Part shown: positions 11,810 to 23,844 of the stretch, piece after piece
Layout of the letters: the number at the start of each line of letters is the position of its first letter
Position numbering within the stretch: position 1 is the first letter of the stretch
Origin: Chiloscyllium plagiosum
Lineage: Eukaryota
Length of the DNA: 64,000 nt
Assembly: GCF_004010195.1 (NCBI RefSeq)
Contig: NC_057718.1
Coordinates: 55,088,196 to 55,152,195 of the forward strand
Reading direction: 5' to 3'
Notes under the pieces: generated by a model
Databases searched by the model: none
What the model was told of the DNA's origin: nothing
The model's input: only the letters and a program-made list of their open reading frames with translations
Made by a program: the position numbers and the translations under genes

Positions 11810-13865
11810 GAACACAGGAAATAAGACCAGAAGAATGCCATTCTGCCTTTTGATTATGGCTTCTCTGATTGTGGTTTTGACTGCACTTTTTAGCCTACTC
11901 CCCATATTCCTTGATCCCCTTGTCAATCAAAAAGCTGATTCACACAGTCCTAATATATTTAATGACCAGTGTTCACTGGGGAAGAGAATTCCACTTACAA
12001 ATAATTTCAGAGAGAAAAAATTCTTTTTCATCTATGCTTGAACCGGGAGACTTGTTATTTTTAAACTGTGTCCCCCAGTTATAGGTTCACTCAAAAGAGG
12101 AAACAATGGGCAAAACTTTCTATTGTCTCTGCTGGTAGGTTTGGAGGCAGTAGAATAGAATAGATTAGAATAGCAATCTAATGTCATGCATTTTCACAAA
12201 AAAATATGAGTTTTATAAGTTGTCATACCACGGTGCCTGTATTAATGACATAAGTCATAGATAAGAAGAATAAAATAAAAACTAGGACAGAGATCATCGA
12301 AGAGAAATTTCAGTTTGGGTAAAGTTGATTAAGATGATGAATGTTGGAATACCCAGAAGCCACTGCTGAAAAATACACATCTAACTAGGCAGGATGATGG
12401 CTTACCTGAGTCTCACCTCTTGTCTGCCTTTTCCAGAATATGAACAAATGGCCCGTGGTCAACCTTCCTACCCTGCTGCCAGTCACAGCTGAAAAACCAA
12501 TTAATGACCACCTAAGGAGGGTCTCAACCTGCTTCCACAACCATACAGTGTGCACAACAGCTGCAGCTATGTTGTTAGCTTGTAAATTACCAGGGTGTGG
12601 AGATCCTTTGATCAAAGGCACTCAGTGCCTCCTAGAAACTTAACTTTGATAAGGTGAAAGATGCCCACTGAGAACTGCCACCCTCCATTCACAGACTCCA
12701 TCCCCAAAACTCCTTCCAACAATACTTCTGGTCTGGGTTGTTCTTTGATCCTTGAACTCCGAACTCTTTAATTCCAGCAGCAATCACTGCCTTCCCTTTA
12801 GGGTTGAGTGTGATAACTGATTGGTAAGGGAGATTTCCAATCCTGGAGTCTTGATTCCAAAGAAAGGCATGCTGCTAGCCTAATTGGTCTTTCTCAAAAA
12901 GAGGCAGTACGTGTCTTTCACTGACTCTCAATCCGGGAGAGGATAGGATCATTCTAGGGAACTGATTCTGTCCATCCTCTTAGCAAGTACAATGTCAAAT
13001 CTCAATTTCTCACCTTAATGAATATAGGTCAAATATTCTCAATCTTTCCTCAAAGGAAATGTCTTCATTACAGGGATCAGCTTGATGAACCTTTGCCAAT
13101 ACTAGTATATCCCTTCTTAAATAGCTTATAGTCCAACAGGTGTATTTGAAAGTATAAGCTTTTGGAGCATTGCTCCTTCATCAGGTAACTAGTGGGGCAA
13201 GATCATAGGACACAGAATTTATGTTAAAAGATCAAAGTGTCATACAACTGATACGATGTATTAAACAAACCTATATTGTTGTTAAGATTTTAATCACTTA
13301 GGATAGGGCTGCAGGTTTTGATTATATTTTTAAACAAACCTGTTGGGTTATAACCTGGTGTTGTGTGATGTTTAACTTTGTCCACCCCTGTCCTGCACAG
13401 ATGCCTGAACATCATGGCCTTCTTAAATAAGGTGACCAAAACAGTACACTGTGCACAATGTGCGGTTTCACCAATGCCTGTGCAACATAGACCAACGCTT
13501 CAATTTTCATACATTGTCCTCTTTACAATAAAGACAGGCATTTCACATGCTTTCCCTATGTACTTGAATGCTGATCTCTTGTGATTTATATACAAGTACA
13601 CTCAGATCTCCCTGTACTATAGTAATTTGCACTCTAACTATTCTGCTTTTTCTAGTCTTCCTGTCTAAGTGAACAATCTCATATTTGCTGATATTATACT
13701 TGATTCACGTTTTTTGTCTATTAATTTAACCTATCAATATTCCTTTGCAAATTCTTAATATCCTCCTCACAACTTGCTTTCCTCCCTATTTTTATATAAT
13801 CTGCAAATATTGTACTATAATAATTGGCCCCATCTTCTGGCAATTTGTACATAGTTGAAGCCTCA
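11810..13865 (-). mobile_element. Old fragmented CR1 LINE 3' region interrupted by other repeats
   Basis: CR1 3' tail-like start (AAGAGAACACAGGAAATAAGACCAG) and reverse RT-like pieces at 12975-13120 and 13420-13865. A Penelope-like insert lies at 13130-13415. Confidence 0.55.
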
Positions 13866-14689
13866 GCGTTGATCCTATGGCATTCCACTAATTACTCTTT
13901 TCCATTTTGAAATTGGCTCATTGATTATGTGCTTCTTGTTAGTCAGCCAATCCTCTAATCATATTAATATGGCACTTCCAACATGACGAGCTCTTGTGCA
14001 GTAACATTTTATGTGGTACCTCTTATCAAATGTTTTTTTGCAAAGCAAAATAAATTACATGTACCAGTTCCCCTTTTTTCCCCACCTACTTGCTACATCC
14101 AGTTTTACTTCCAAGGAATGGGTTCATCAGAAACTCATGAGGAACCTTCAGTTCAGGATTCTCCCAGACTTGGTGGGCTGCCAATCCTGAGAGGGATTTT
14201 TTTGGCTGGCCAGCAGTAAGTGAGATTGGAGGGCTAATGGCGTCAGTGGGCCATAGGCTTCAGGGAGGATGGTAGGGGCACGAGGGATGGAGATTGGTGG
14301 ATGCCTCTGGTAAAGGGCAATCAAAGAGTTGCTGCTGGAGATGGGGAGTCTTGTGGTGAGGGAGATTATGGTCTGGTAGCAGGATCAGAGGCTTTGGGGA
14401 AGGAGGTTATAGATGAGAGGGGCTGTCTCTCACAGAGGCTGCAGGCAGGCATCTGGAACTAAAAGGCAAAAATATTTAGTTCCTGAGCCCACCATCTTCA
14501 TCTCAGTAAACCTGATGGGTTCCATAAGATGGGAGGAGCCAAGTGACCAGAGTTAAACTTGAATGAAAGTGAGACTCACAGGCTCCTTTTCAAATTTAGA
14601 GTTCTAACCCACACCCTCAGAGTAAGTTTGGGTCAGGATACAGCTTTTATTTTCAGATTTGGCACCTTGCCCAATTAAACAACTCACTG

Positions 14690-16345
14690 GTGGAGGAGGC
14701 TCCAACATTATCCCACCCTGAGCAATGGGGGAGCCTTGCACATCAGTTCAAAAATTAAAGCTGAGGCATTCACAAAAAACTGCAGCGAGATGTGTTGAGT
14801 TCATGATCTATTTTGGCCTCCTCCACAGGTCCCAAGCATCACACCTGCAAGTCTTCAGCTAATTCAATTTAGTCCACATGTTATTGATAAATGATTGGAT
14901 GTGCTGGATGCTGCAAAGGCTATGGGTCCTGACAACAATAATATGTAGAACTTGCTACACCCCTAGCCAAGCTGTTTCAATACAGCTAACAACACTGGCA
15001 TTTAGCTAACCAAGTAGAAAATTTCCCAGGTATGGTCTGTACACAATAAACAGGCCAAATCCAACCCACCCAATTACAGCCACATCAGTCTACTGTGCAT
15101 CATCAATAAAGTGACAAAACGTATTTTCCATAAGTGCTATCAAGAAATACTTGCTTAGCAATACCCTGCTCACTAATGCTCAGTTTGGTTTCCACCAGGG
15201 CCACTCAGCTCCTGACCTCATTACAGGCTTTGTCCAAATGTGGACAAAAGAGTTAAATTCCAGAGATGAGGTAGGAGTGACTGCCTTTGACATCAAGGCC
15301 ACATTTGATTGGACTGTTACATGAAGGAACTCTCACAAAAGTAGAGTTAATAGGAATCAGAAGGAAAACTCTCTGCTGGCACAAAGAAAATGGCTATGGT
15401 AGTTGGAGGTCAGTCATCTTAGCTCCAGTACATATTTGTAGGGATTCCTCAGGGGATTGTCATTGGTCCAACCATCTTCAGCTGCTTCAACAATGACCTT
15501 CACTACATCATTAGTCAGAAATGGGAATGTTCACTGATGACTGCTCAACATTCAGTACCATTCGCAACTCCTCAGATACTGCCAAATGCAGAAAGATCTG
15601 GACAATACACAGTTTTGGGTTGACAAGTGACAAATAATATTCCTACTGCACAAGTGCCAGGCAATCATCTCTCACAAGAGAGAATCTACGATCGCCCCTT
15701 GACATTCAATGACACTCACCATGACTGAATCCCTCACGATCCTCCACTGTCGGTTACCATTAGCCAAACATTGAACTGCTAATGTCATCTTATTACAGTG
15801 GCAACAAGAGCAGGTCTGATGCTAGGAATCTTGCAATGAGTGACTCACCTCCTGAATCCCCAAAGCTTGTCCACTATCTGCAAGTTACACATCAGGAGTG
15901 TGATGAAATATTCCCCACCTGCAACACCAACAACACTCAAGAAGCTTGCACTATCCAGGACATAACAGCAGGCTTGTTTGATACCATATCCACTTCTTCC
16001 ACTGAAGCTCAGTAGCAGAAGTGTGTACCATTTACAAGATATAATGCAGAAACTTTCTAAACTAAACAGCATCTTCTAAAACCATGACAATAACCTAGAA
16101 AGACAAGGGCAACAGATATTTCACCTGTAAGCTCCCCTCTGAACTACTCACCATCCTAACTTGGAAATATATCAAGGTTCCATCAGTGTCATTGGGTCAA
16201 AATCCTGGAATTCCCTCTCTCATGGGATTGTTGGTGTACCTACACCAAATAGACTGCGGCTGTTCAAAATGCTACCTTCTAAAAGACAACTAGGGATGAG
16301 CAATAAATGCTGGCCCAGCTAATGATGGTCACGTCCCTTGATTGA
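14690..16345 (+). mobile_element. CR1-clade LINE, 3' ~1.6 kb, degenerate
   Basis: KAMGPD, NY..ISL, QFGFHQGHSAPDL, DIKA.FD and PQG..IGP remnants; 3' end GGGATGAGCAATAAATGCTGGCCCAGC. Confidence 0.8.
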
Positions 16346-16967
16346 ATTTTTAAAAAGTGATTAAAACAAGTTCAGTCATACAATTCTGAAGTCATTTGGC
16401 TCTAAGGCGAGGGAGGGAAAATCAGAAAGCTAGTCAGTCTCATGTATCTCCTCGTAGCATTAGATGAGTTGGCAGGAGCAGCCTCTTTATTCTTCTAATA
16501 CATGTATTTGATTCCTGCTTGTATGAAGTGTCCTAGAAGAAAAAAATTATCAAAATTCTAAATCTGTCAGCCCACAATATAATCAACGTGTAACCAAATC
16601 ATATCCATGCTGCAAGACATGAAATAATTAAGATCAAGCACACCAGTGTAATATTCTAGTCACATGCATTTGAGTAATAAATAATAAATGGATTCAAATT
16701 GTAACAGAATAAGAGTCTTATTCTTTTAGTTGTTTCTGAGCCAAAATCTTAATACTTTCCATTGTTGTTTAGTTTCATGAATAAATTGAGCTGACAGAAT
16801 ATCCATTATCTGCAGCATGTAGATAACTGAGCTACGGTTGATGGCCAGTGGAGTGGGAGAAGCAAGCCAGTGCCAGCACTTGAGCTAATAAATGAACTCA
16901 GCCCACAGCTGCATCCAGTAGATGCTTGTGTTCCACTTGTTAAAGCCGAATTTGTTTCCTTTTCTAG

Positions 16968-17195
16968 CGTCATGGAGCCTTTGTGTGCGCACAGATAAAC
17001 TCACAGAGTGGAAAGATAGCTCCCAGAGGAGGAAAGGCATTCCTGGTTACTGAAGGGTCACATTCACTGGAACAGTTAAAAGAAGAAAAAGGAAATGTGG
17101 GGGAAGACATATTGGCCTCACCCAAGCCCGGCTCAATGAATTTTCAACAGATGCTTTGTTCTGGAACTTGCTTATCAAAACCAGACCCTGAATAA
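16968..17195 (+). CDS. CIMIP6: C2orf73/CIMIP6 terminal coding exon
   Basis: Polypyrimidine tract and TAG acceptor ending at 16967, phase 0 and in frame with the upstream exon. RHGAFVCAQINSQSGKIAPRGGKAFLVTEGSHSLEQLKEEKGN resembles recalled human [21 protein letters not shown]...GSRSSEQSKKTEKGN. TAA at 17193-17195. Confidence 0.88.
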   Translation, partial: RHGAFVCAQINSQSGKIAPRGGKAFLVTEGSHSLEQLKEEKGNVGEDILASPKPGSMNFQQMLCSGTCLSKPDPE

Positions 17196-17596
17196 GCAGC
17201 CAAGATTTATCCCAGAATTCTTACTGAAGGACAAAACAGCTTATGGTCACAGACAGATGAAGTCCACAGAAGACTCAGTGAACATCAGCAAGTTGCTCTG
17301 GATCTTACATCAACAACAAAATCAAAATGTAGCCATGTTAGTACAACTGTTAGCACACCATTGTGTCAATCACTTGTTTCTCAAGTTAATCGTTAACATG
17401 TTACAATCAGCAACAAAACATTAAACAAGCACTGGCAGCAGTCAGCACTTTAAAAGTATATAATTTGTTTTTTTAAAATGGCAGGGTTATTCAGTAGTTT
17501 AATCTTCTTAACTATCATCATTATACAAAAAATGGTTTTCTGCATGATAAATGTATAATCGGGTTAATTTTGCTTAAACTTTATTGTTGGAGTACC

Positions 17597-17602
17597 AATA
17601 AA
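17597..17602 (+). terminator. Candidate polyadenylation signal of CIMIP6
   Basis: First AATAAA I found downstream of the stop codon, about 400 nt on, followed by GT/T-rich sequence. Confidence 0.45.
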
Positions 17603-18964
17603 GTATTCCAATACTTTATTGTGGCTAAATGAGTTGGCTACTGTGGCTATTTATGTATTGTTGCCAGCTACAGCTTTGCTCATGGGCCTGTGCTTCTCAG
17701 TGTATTTTATCAGCAGTACAAAGCATTCAAAAATTCTGGCTTAATTTTAAATTGAATATTTTCATTATTCTTGTATACATTGTCATTGCTGCTGTATTCT
17801 GTCCTGAGTAGGAACAGACCAGCCATACAGAATATCTATAACTCTTATTTATGCATTACATTCTTATGTGGTAGTGTAAAAAATTGCAATCACAAATGTG
17901 AAATAGTGTTGGAAAGTTGAGATATTAAAAACAGGAATTAACAAATTATTCTTAGCATTAAGTGCTGTAGTTCCACATATACCTCAACAGCACACAGTTA
18001 AAAAATGCATGGTTCCTTTTGTGACTAGAATTGCATACACTTTTTCCTAAACTATCAACTTCAATTTCAATACACTTTTTTGAAATTAGCATATGAAGCA
18101 CTCACACGGTGCCCCAAATATTAGGTCCAATGAGGTTATTTGTAATCCAGTATGAAAACAATCACATGTTTTAGGTTGAGTTTTGGACCCCACTAATGCC
18201 AGTTTGTAAATTTGAAGTCAGTTTTTGGAAAATGAAATAAATATAGAATTAAATGTTTCTATTCGCAATTGTGACTGTGTAGCTGCTTATTATGACAAAA
18301 TCAGTAGTTTACTAATGCCCTTCAGATAAGGAAACTTGTGAACATATCTCCAATTTGGCCTATATGCAACCGCAGACGCAAAGCAATGTGGTTCACTCTT
18401 ATGCACCCCCTAAAATGACTGAGCAAGCCTTTCAGTTTTCATTTTGCTTCAAAGAATTGTAATAAGAATAAAATTGGGTGGTACACACATTAGCATGGAT
18501 GTTGGATTCAGGTACAACAAAGTTCAGTCAAACCTGCAAAATTTTCCAGAATAAAGCTTGGAGCATGTACCAAAGTTATAAGATTTGGAATGCATTTAAC
18601 AACATTGTGTGGAAGTTCAAGAAAGCAGCATACCATCACCTTCTCAAAGGCAACAATGAATAAGTAAGAGATGCTGGCCCAGTCGGTGACAACCACATCT
18701 ATGAAGAATAATTTTTTAAAAGTTTATGTTACATGCCATTTCTGGAATCAAAGAACAGGTTTCTTCTATGCTAAACATTCCCTATTGGAGCAGTGAGGGA
18801 AAAACTCAGCTTCATTGGTAGCATTAAATGGTAAAATAGTGAATAGCAGCCTGCTTTGTGCCTGATCTGAATTTATTTTCTGTAAGGAGGAAAACCAGGA
18901 TATATAATAGTATGTGCATATCCAACTTACTCACCAATACTCAGAGAGAGGCTAGAGAGATTGA

Positions 18965-19215
18965 GATAGAAACAGAAATTACTGGAGACACTCAGCATAT
19001 TTGGAGCATCTTGAAGAGAAAACAGAGTTAATATTTTTAGACCAGTGACCCTTCAGAATGGATTCAGTTCAGTTCAGAATTTTTTCAGTTCTGAAGAAGG
19101 GTCACTGGACTCGAAATGTTGGCTCTGCTTTTTCTCCACAGATGCTGCCAGTCCTGCTGAGTTTCACCAGCAATTTCTGTTTTTGTTTCGGATCTCCAGC
19201 ATCCATGTTTCTTTG
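18965..19215. repeat. Inverted pair of Penelope-like termini (imperfect palindrome)
   Basis: AACAGAAATTACTGG...GACCCTTCAGAA mirrored by TTCTGAAGAAGGGTC...CCAGCAATTTCTGTT. Confidence 0.7.
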
Positions 19216-19282
19216 CTTCATTCTTGACAGGCTGGATTGTTTTCCTCAGAACCGAGAAGGCTGCGGGGAGACCTGAACAAGG

Positions 19283-22200
19283 TGTATAGTGGTCAAGTGG
19301 CCATGGGCCCAAATGTGGACATGTTAAATTGACCCACAGCTGGGAAAAAGCATGCTTGGCAGAAAATTGGCCAAACTAAATGAGAACATAGGACATAGAA
19401 CAGAACAGAACAGTACAGGCCCTTTGGCCCTCGATGTTGTGCCGACCTTTTATCCTACTCTACGATCAAACTAACCTATGTACCTTCATTTTACTGTCAT
19501 CTATGTGCCTATCCAAGAGTTGCTTAAATGTCCCTAATGTATCTGACTCTACTACCACTGTTGGCAGTACATTCCACATGCCACCACTCTCTGTGTAAAG
19601 TACTTGCCTCTGACATCTCCCCTAAACCTTCCTCCAATCACCTTAAAGTTATGACCCCTTGTGATAGCCATTTCTGCACTGGGAAAAGTCTCTGGTTATC
19701 TACTCTATCTATGCCTCTCATCATCTTGTACAACTCTATCAGGTCACCTCTCAGCCTTGTTCACATCAATGAGAAAAGCCCTAGCTCCCTCAACCTTTCT
19801 TCATAAGACAGGCCCTCCAGTCCACGCAGCCTGGTAAATCTCATCTGCATCCACTCAAAAGTTTTCACATCCTTCCCATAATGAGGCAACCAGAACTGAA
19901 CACAATTTTCCAAGTGTGGTCTAACCAGGGCTTTATTGAGCTGCAGCATAATCTTGTGGCTCTTAAACTCAAACTCCCTACTAATGAAAGCCAACACACC
20001 ATATGCCTTCTTAACAACCCTATCAATTTGGTTGGCAACTTTGAGGGTTCTATGGATATGGACCCCAAGATCCCTCTGTTCCTCCACACTGCCAAGAATC
20101 CTGCCTTTAACCCTGTAATCTGCATTCAAATTCAACCTTCCAAATCACTTCACACTTTTCTAGGTTGAACTCCATCTGTCACTTCTCAGCCTAGCTCTGC
20201 ATGCTGTCAATGTGCTGTTGCAACCTACAACAGCTGTCCACACTATCCACAACTCCACCAACCTTTGTGTCATTGGCAAACTTACTAACCCACCCTTCCT
20301 CATCCAAGTCATTTATAAAAAATTCAAAGAGCAGAAGTCCCAGAACAGATCCCTGTGGAACACCACTGGTCACCCAGCTCCAGGCTGAATATTTTTCATC
20401 TACTACTATCTTCTGTCTTCTATGGACCAGCCAATTCTGTGTCCAGAAAGCCAAATTTCCCAGTATCCCATGTCACCTTACTTTCTGAATGAGCCTACCA
20501 TGGGGAGCTGGATCAAACGTCTTACTAAAATTCATATACACCATATCCACTGCTCTACTTTCATCAGTGTGTTTTGTCAAATCCTCAAAGAATTCATTAA
20601 GGCTTGTGAAGCATTCTGTCCCTCATGCTGACTATCTCCAACCAAACTATGTTTTTCCAAATAATCATAAATCCTGTCTCTCAGAATCATCTCCAATAAT
20701 TTTCCCACTACCAACATAAGTGTGACTGGTCTGTAAATCCCAGGGTTATCCCTAGTCCCTTTCTTTTACAAGGGTATAACATTTGCCACCCTCCAATCAT
20801 CTGGCGTTACTCCAGTGGACAGTAAGAATGCAAAGATCATCACCAAAACTCTCTTCCCTCCCTTCCTGTGGTAACCTTGGGTATGTCCCATCTGGCCCAA
20901 GGTACTTATCTATCCTCATGTTTTTCAACATTTCCAGCACATCCTCCTTCTTAACATTAACCTGTTTGAGCATATCAGCCTGATTTACGCTGTTCTCACA
21001 AATGACAAGGTCCCTCTCACTAGTGAATATTGAAGCAAAGTATTCATTAAGGACTTCCCCTACCTCCTCCCACTCCAGCACAAGTTTCCTCCACTATCCC
21101 TTATTGGCTCTACTCTCACTCTGGCCATCCTCTTGTTCCTCATATAAATGTAGAAAGCCTTGGGGTTTTTCTTAATCCTACTCACCAAGGTAATATCATG
21201 CCCCCTTCTAGCTCTCCTAAGTCTATTCTTCAGTTCCTTCCTGGCTACCTTGTAACCCTCTAGAGCCTTGTCTGATCCTTGCTTCCTCAACCTTAAGTAA
21301 GGTTGCTTCCTCAACCTTGCTTCCTTCTTCCTCTTAGTTCCACATTTCTTGTCATCGAAGGTTCCTTCATCCTACCATCCCTTCCTGGCCTCAGTAGGAC
21401 AAAGCCATTCAGCAATCGCAGCAAGAGCTCCCTAAACAACCTCCACATTTCTGTCATACATTTCCCTGAGAATATCTGTTCCCAATTTATGTTCCACAGT
21501 TCCTGCCTAATAGCATTGTAATTCCCCCTTCCCAATTAAATACTTTCCCATACTATCTGCTCCTATCCCTCTCCATGACTATAGTAAAGGTCAGGGAGTT
21601 GTGATCACTTATCACCAAAATGCTCTCCCACTGAGAGATCTGACACCTGACCTGGTTCATTACTAAGCACCAAATCCAATATGGCCTCCCCTCTAGTTGG
21701 CCTATCTACAAATTAAACAGCGGCAATCGGCAACAGAGAACAGTGGAAACCAAGATCAAAGAGGTTACAAAGGGGAACCAGTTACAACCAGGCTGAGAGT
21801 TGTGTATTGGAGAATTATCAATCAGACGTTCTGATCTTGACTGCCTGAGTATCTACTCTTAACACTTGCTGGAGCAGCTACAGTGGAGGGTTGCATTTCC
21901 CATTAGAATATCTGTTCCCAATTTATGTGAAGGGTGTTAGTGCAAACACCTTGGATGATTTGAACCAAGCTCATGATCCTATTGGCCAAAGGCAACAAAC
22001 CATTCTGGAAGGTCCAGGACGAGGGGCGATAAAAAACACACATATCTGGAAGCCAGCCACTCAGTGAAGACTTGCCAGGATTACTCACAGCAAGAGTGAG
22101 TAATCTGCCCTGACATGCAAAATCCACCTTGGTGAAAGAGAGCCAGCTCTGTGTTTCAGGTGAAGGAAGTTTCAACAGCCCAGCTCAAACACATGGATTG

Positions 22201-22429
22201 TTGCGGGTATTATATCCTTTCTCATATGGATAGAGCTAAATAGAGAATAACTATTGTGGGAATTTGGGAAGTGCTCACACAATGGTTTTAATAATGAATA
22301 TTTTGTTCCTAAAATCTAGTTGAATTGTTAACCGAATTATGAGTCTCTTTGACTGCCTTACCATCAAGAGTGCTTGGTAAAGTGTTTGTGATACTAAAAT
22401 CCCTTGGCACGTCCAAAGCACAGACAACA
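19283..22429 (+). repeat. ERV 5' LTR, split by a CR1 (pieces about 19283-19381 and 21711-22429)
   Basis: CAGAAAATTGGCCAAACTAAAT, AACCAGTTACAACCAG, ATTGTGGGAATTTGGGAA and TCCAAAGCACAGA(C/T)AACA are shared colinearly with 34796-35574. Ends in CA directly before the PBS. Start is approximate. Confidence 0.8.
19382..21710 (-). mobile_element. CR1/HER1 LINE, 5'-truncated, inserted in the ERV 5' LTR
   Basis: (AGAAC)n tail at about 19382-19410; motifs LVRPHLENCVQFW, VTSGVPQGSVLG, SKFANDTK, IKKNPKAFY. Confidence 0.92.
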
Positions 22430-22430
22430 T

Positions 22431-22446
22431 TGGCTTCCCTGGGTGG
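22431..22446 (+). promoter_or_regulatory. Primer-binding site, tRNA-Asn-like
   Basis: TGGCTTCCCTGGGTGG lies 1 nt after the LTR end. It is 15/16 identical to the complement of the vertebrate tRNA-Asn 3' end (TGGCGTCCCTGGGTGG, from recall). Confidence 0.8.
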
Positions 22447-23844
22447 TTTTGTTTAAAAGTGTTTGTATAACTTCCAAAGTCGAATCACACCAGCCTTGAA
22501 CTCTTGGACATCCAGCCTAAGTCTGAATTAAGTGAGCAGCTGCCCCACGTGATGGCCAGGATTCTAGTGGGTGAAAGAATGTGAAAGTTCACGACCAGTG
22601 ATTGGGCCATAAACTAAGTGATTGTAACATGAGAAAGACAGCCAAAGTTAGTACAGGAACAGGAAATCTAGCAAACGCTAGTACAGGATCGGGTCCTGTA
22701 GAAAACAGAGGAAAGGAAATGGAATACGGGGTCAGAGGACCCACATGGTGGTAAGAATCCAGATAATGGGGTCAGGAACCCACATGGATAGAGAGAAACT
22801 AGAGTAAGCTCAGGAACCCAAACGGTAAGAGACAATGAAAAGAATTGGGGACACGGATGTGTAGACAAGCAAAAAAGCAGTTAATATAGGATCAGGGACC
22901 CATGAGAGAGGGAATGAGGAAACAGAAAATTAGAAGGAGACAATAGGAGAAATGTCACAAAGCCCAGAGTGGATGAGATAACGAAGTGGCCCAGGTGGGT
23001 CGACCATTGTAGTGAGCAAATATTGGGTCCAGAACCCATGGGACAGAAATGCTGGGAGGTGGCACAGAAGGCTGAACAGAAACATGCTTTAAAACTGAGC
23101 AAGACTATGGTGATAGCTGCATGGAGCAGCTGAGAGGTAGAGAATGGGAGAAAGTGAAGCTAAATAAGGGCTGGAGGAAGTAAGAGTCAAAGCATTAGAG
23201 CAGGAGAAGAGGAACCAGATGAATGAGGTACACTTGGCACAGTTTCAGACCCAGAGTGATAGAAGGTACCAGGAGGAGCAGACACAGTCAGTGATTGGGG
23301 TGCAGCCTAAAGAGCTGTTAACGAGCCAAACGAGAAATGCAAACACTGACAGGTTGTGCTCAGAGTCCTGCACCAGACAGGCAAAGAAAACAAACCTACA
23401 CTGCGGACCATTCAAAATGCCAGTGCGAGATTGAAAAATTAAAAGTCCAAACTTTCCATGCAAAGGGAAATAATATGCACATTTGGAATAATAAAATCAG
23501 ATGGAATCACGATTATGGGATAGATTGGGAGGAAATGGAAGTATATATATTTTTTGAGAGTGGCGAGATTGAGGACCTCCACCTCCTTTTCCAGTGGGAG
23601 TAGGTCCTTTGACAGTCCCAGGATCTTACCCTGCCTCAATGAACGAACTTACCACAACCCATAAGATGGCCAGAACAGTAATCCAATAATTTATATAATC
23701 CCGTTTACAATGTTGCAATTGAAGATAGCAAAAAAGATTTGAACCCATAGCTGACCCACATATATTTATCAATAGCAACCACCAACAAAGGGTTCTCCAT
23801 GGGCTTAACAATGTCGAGGAGGTAAAATGAATGTTAATGTGCCT

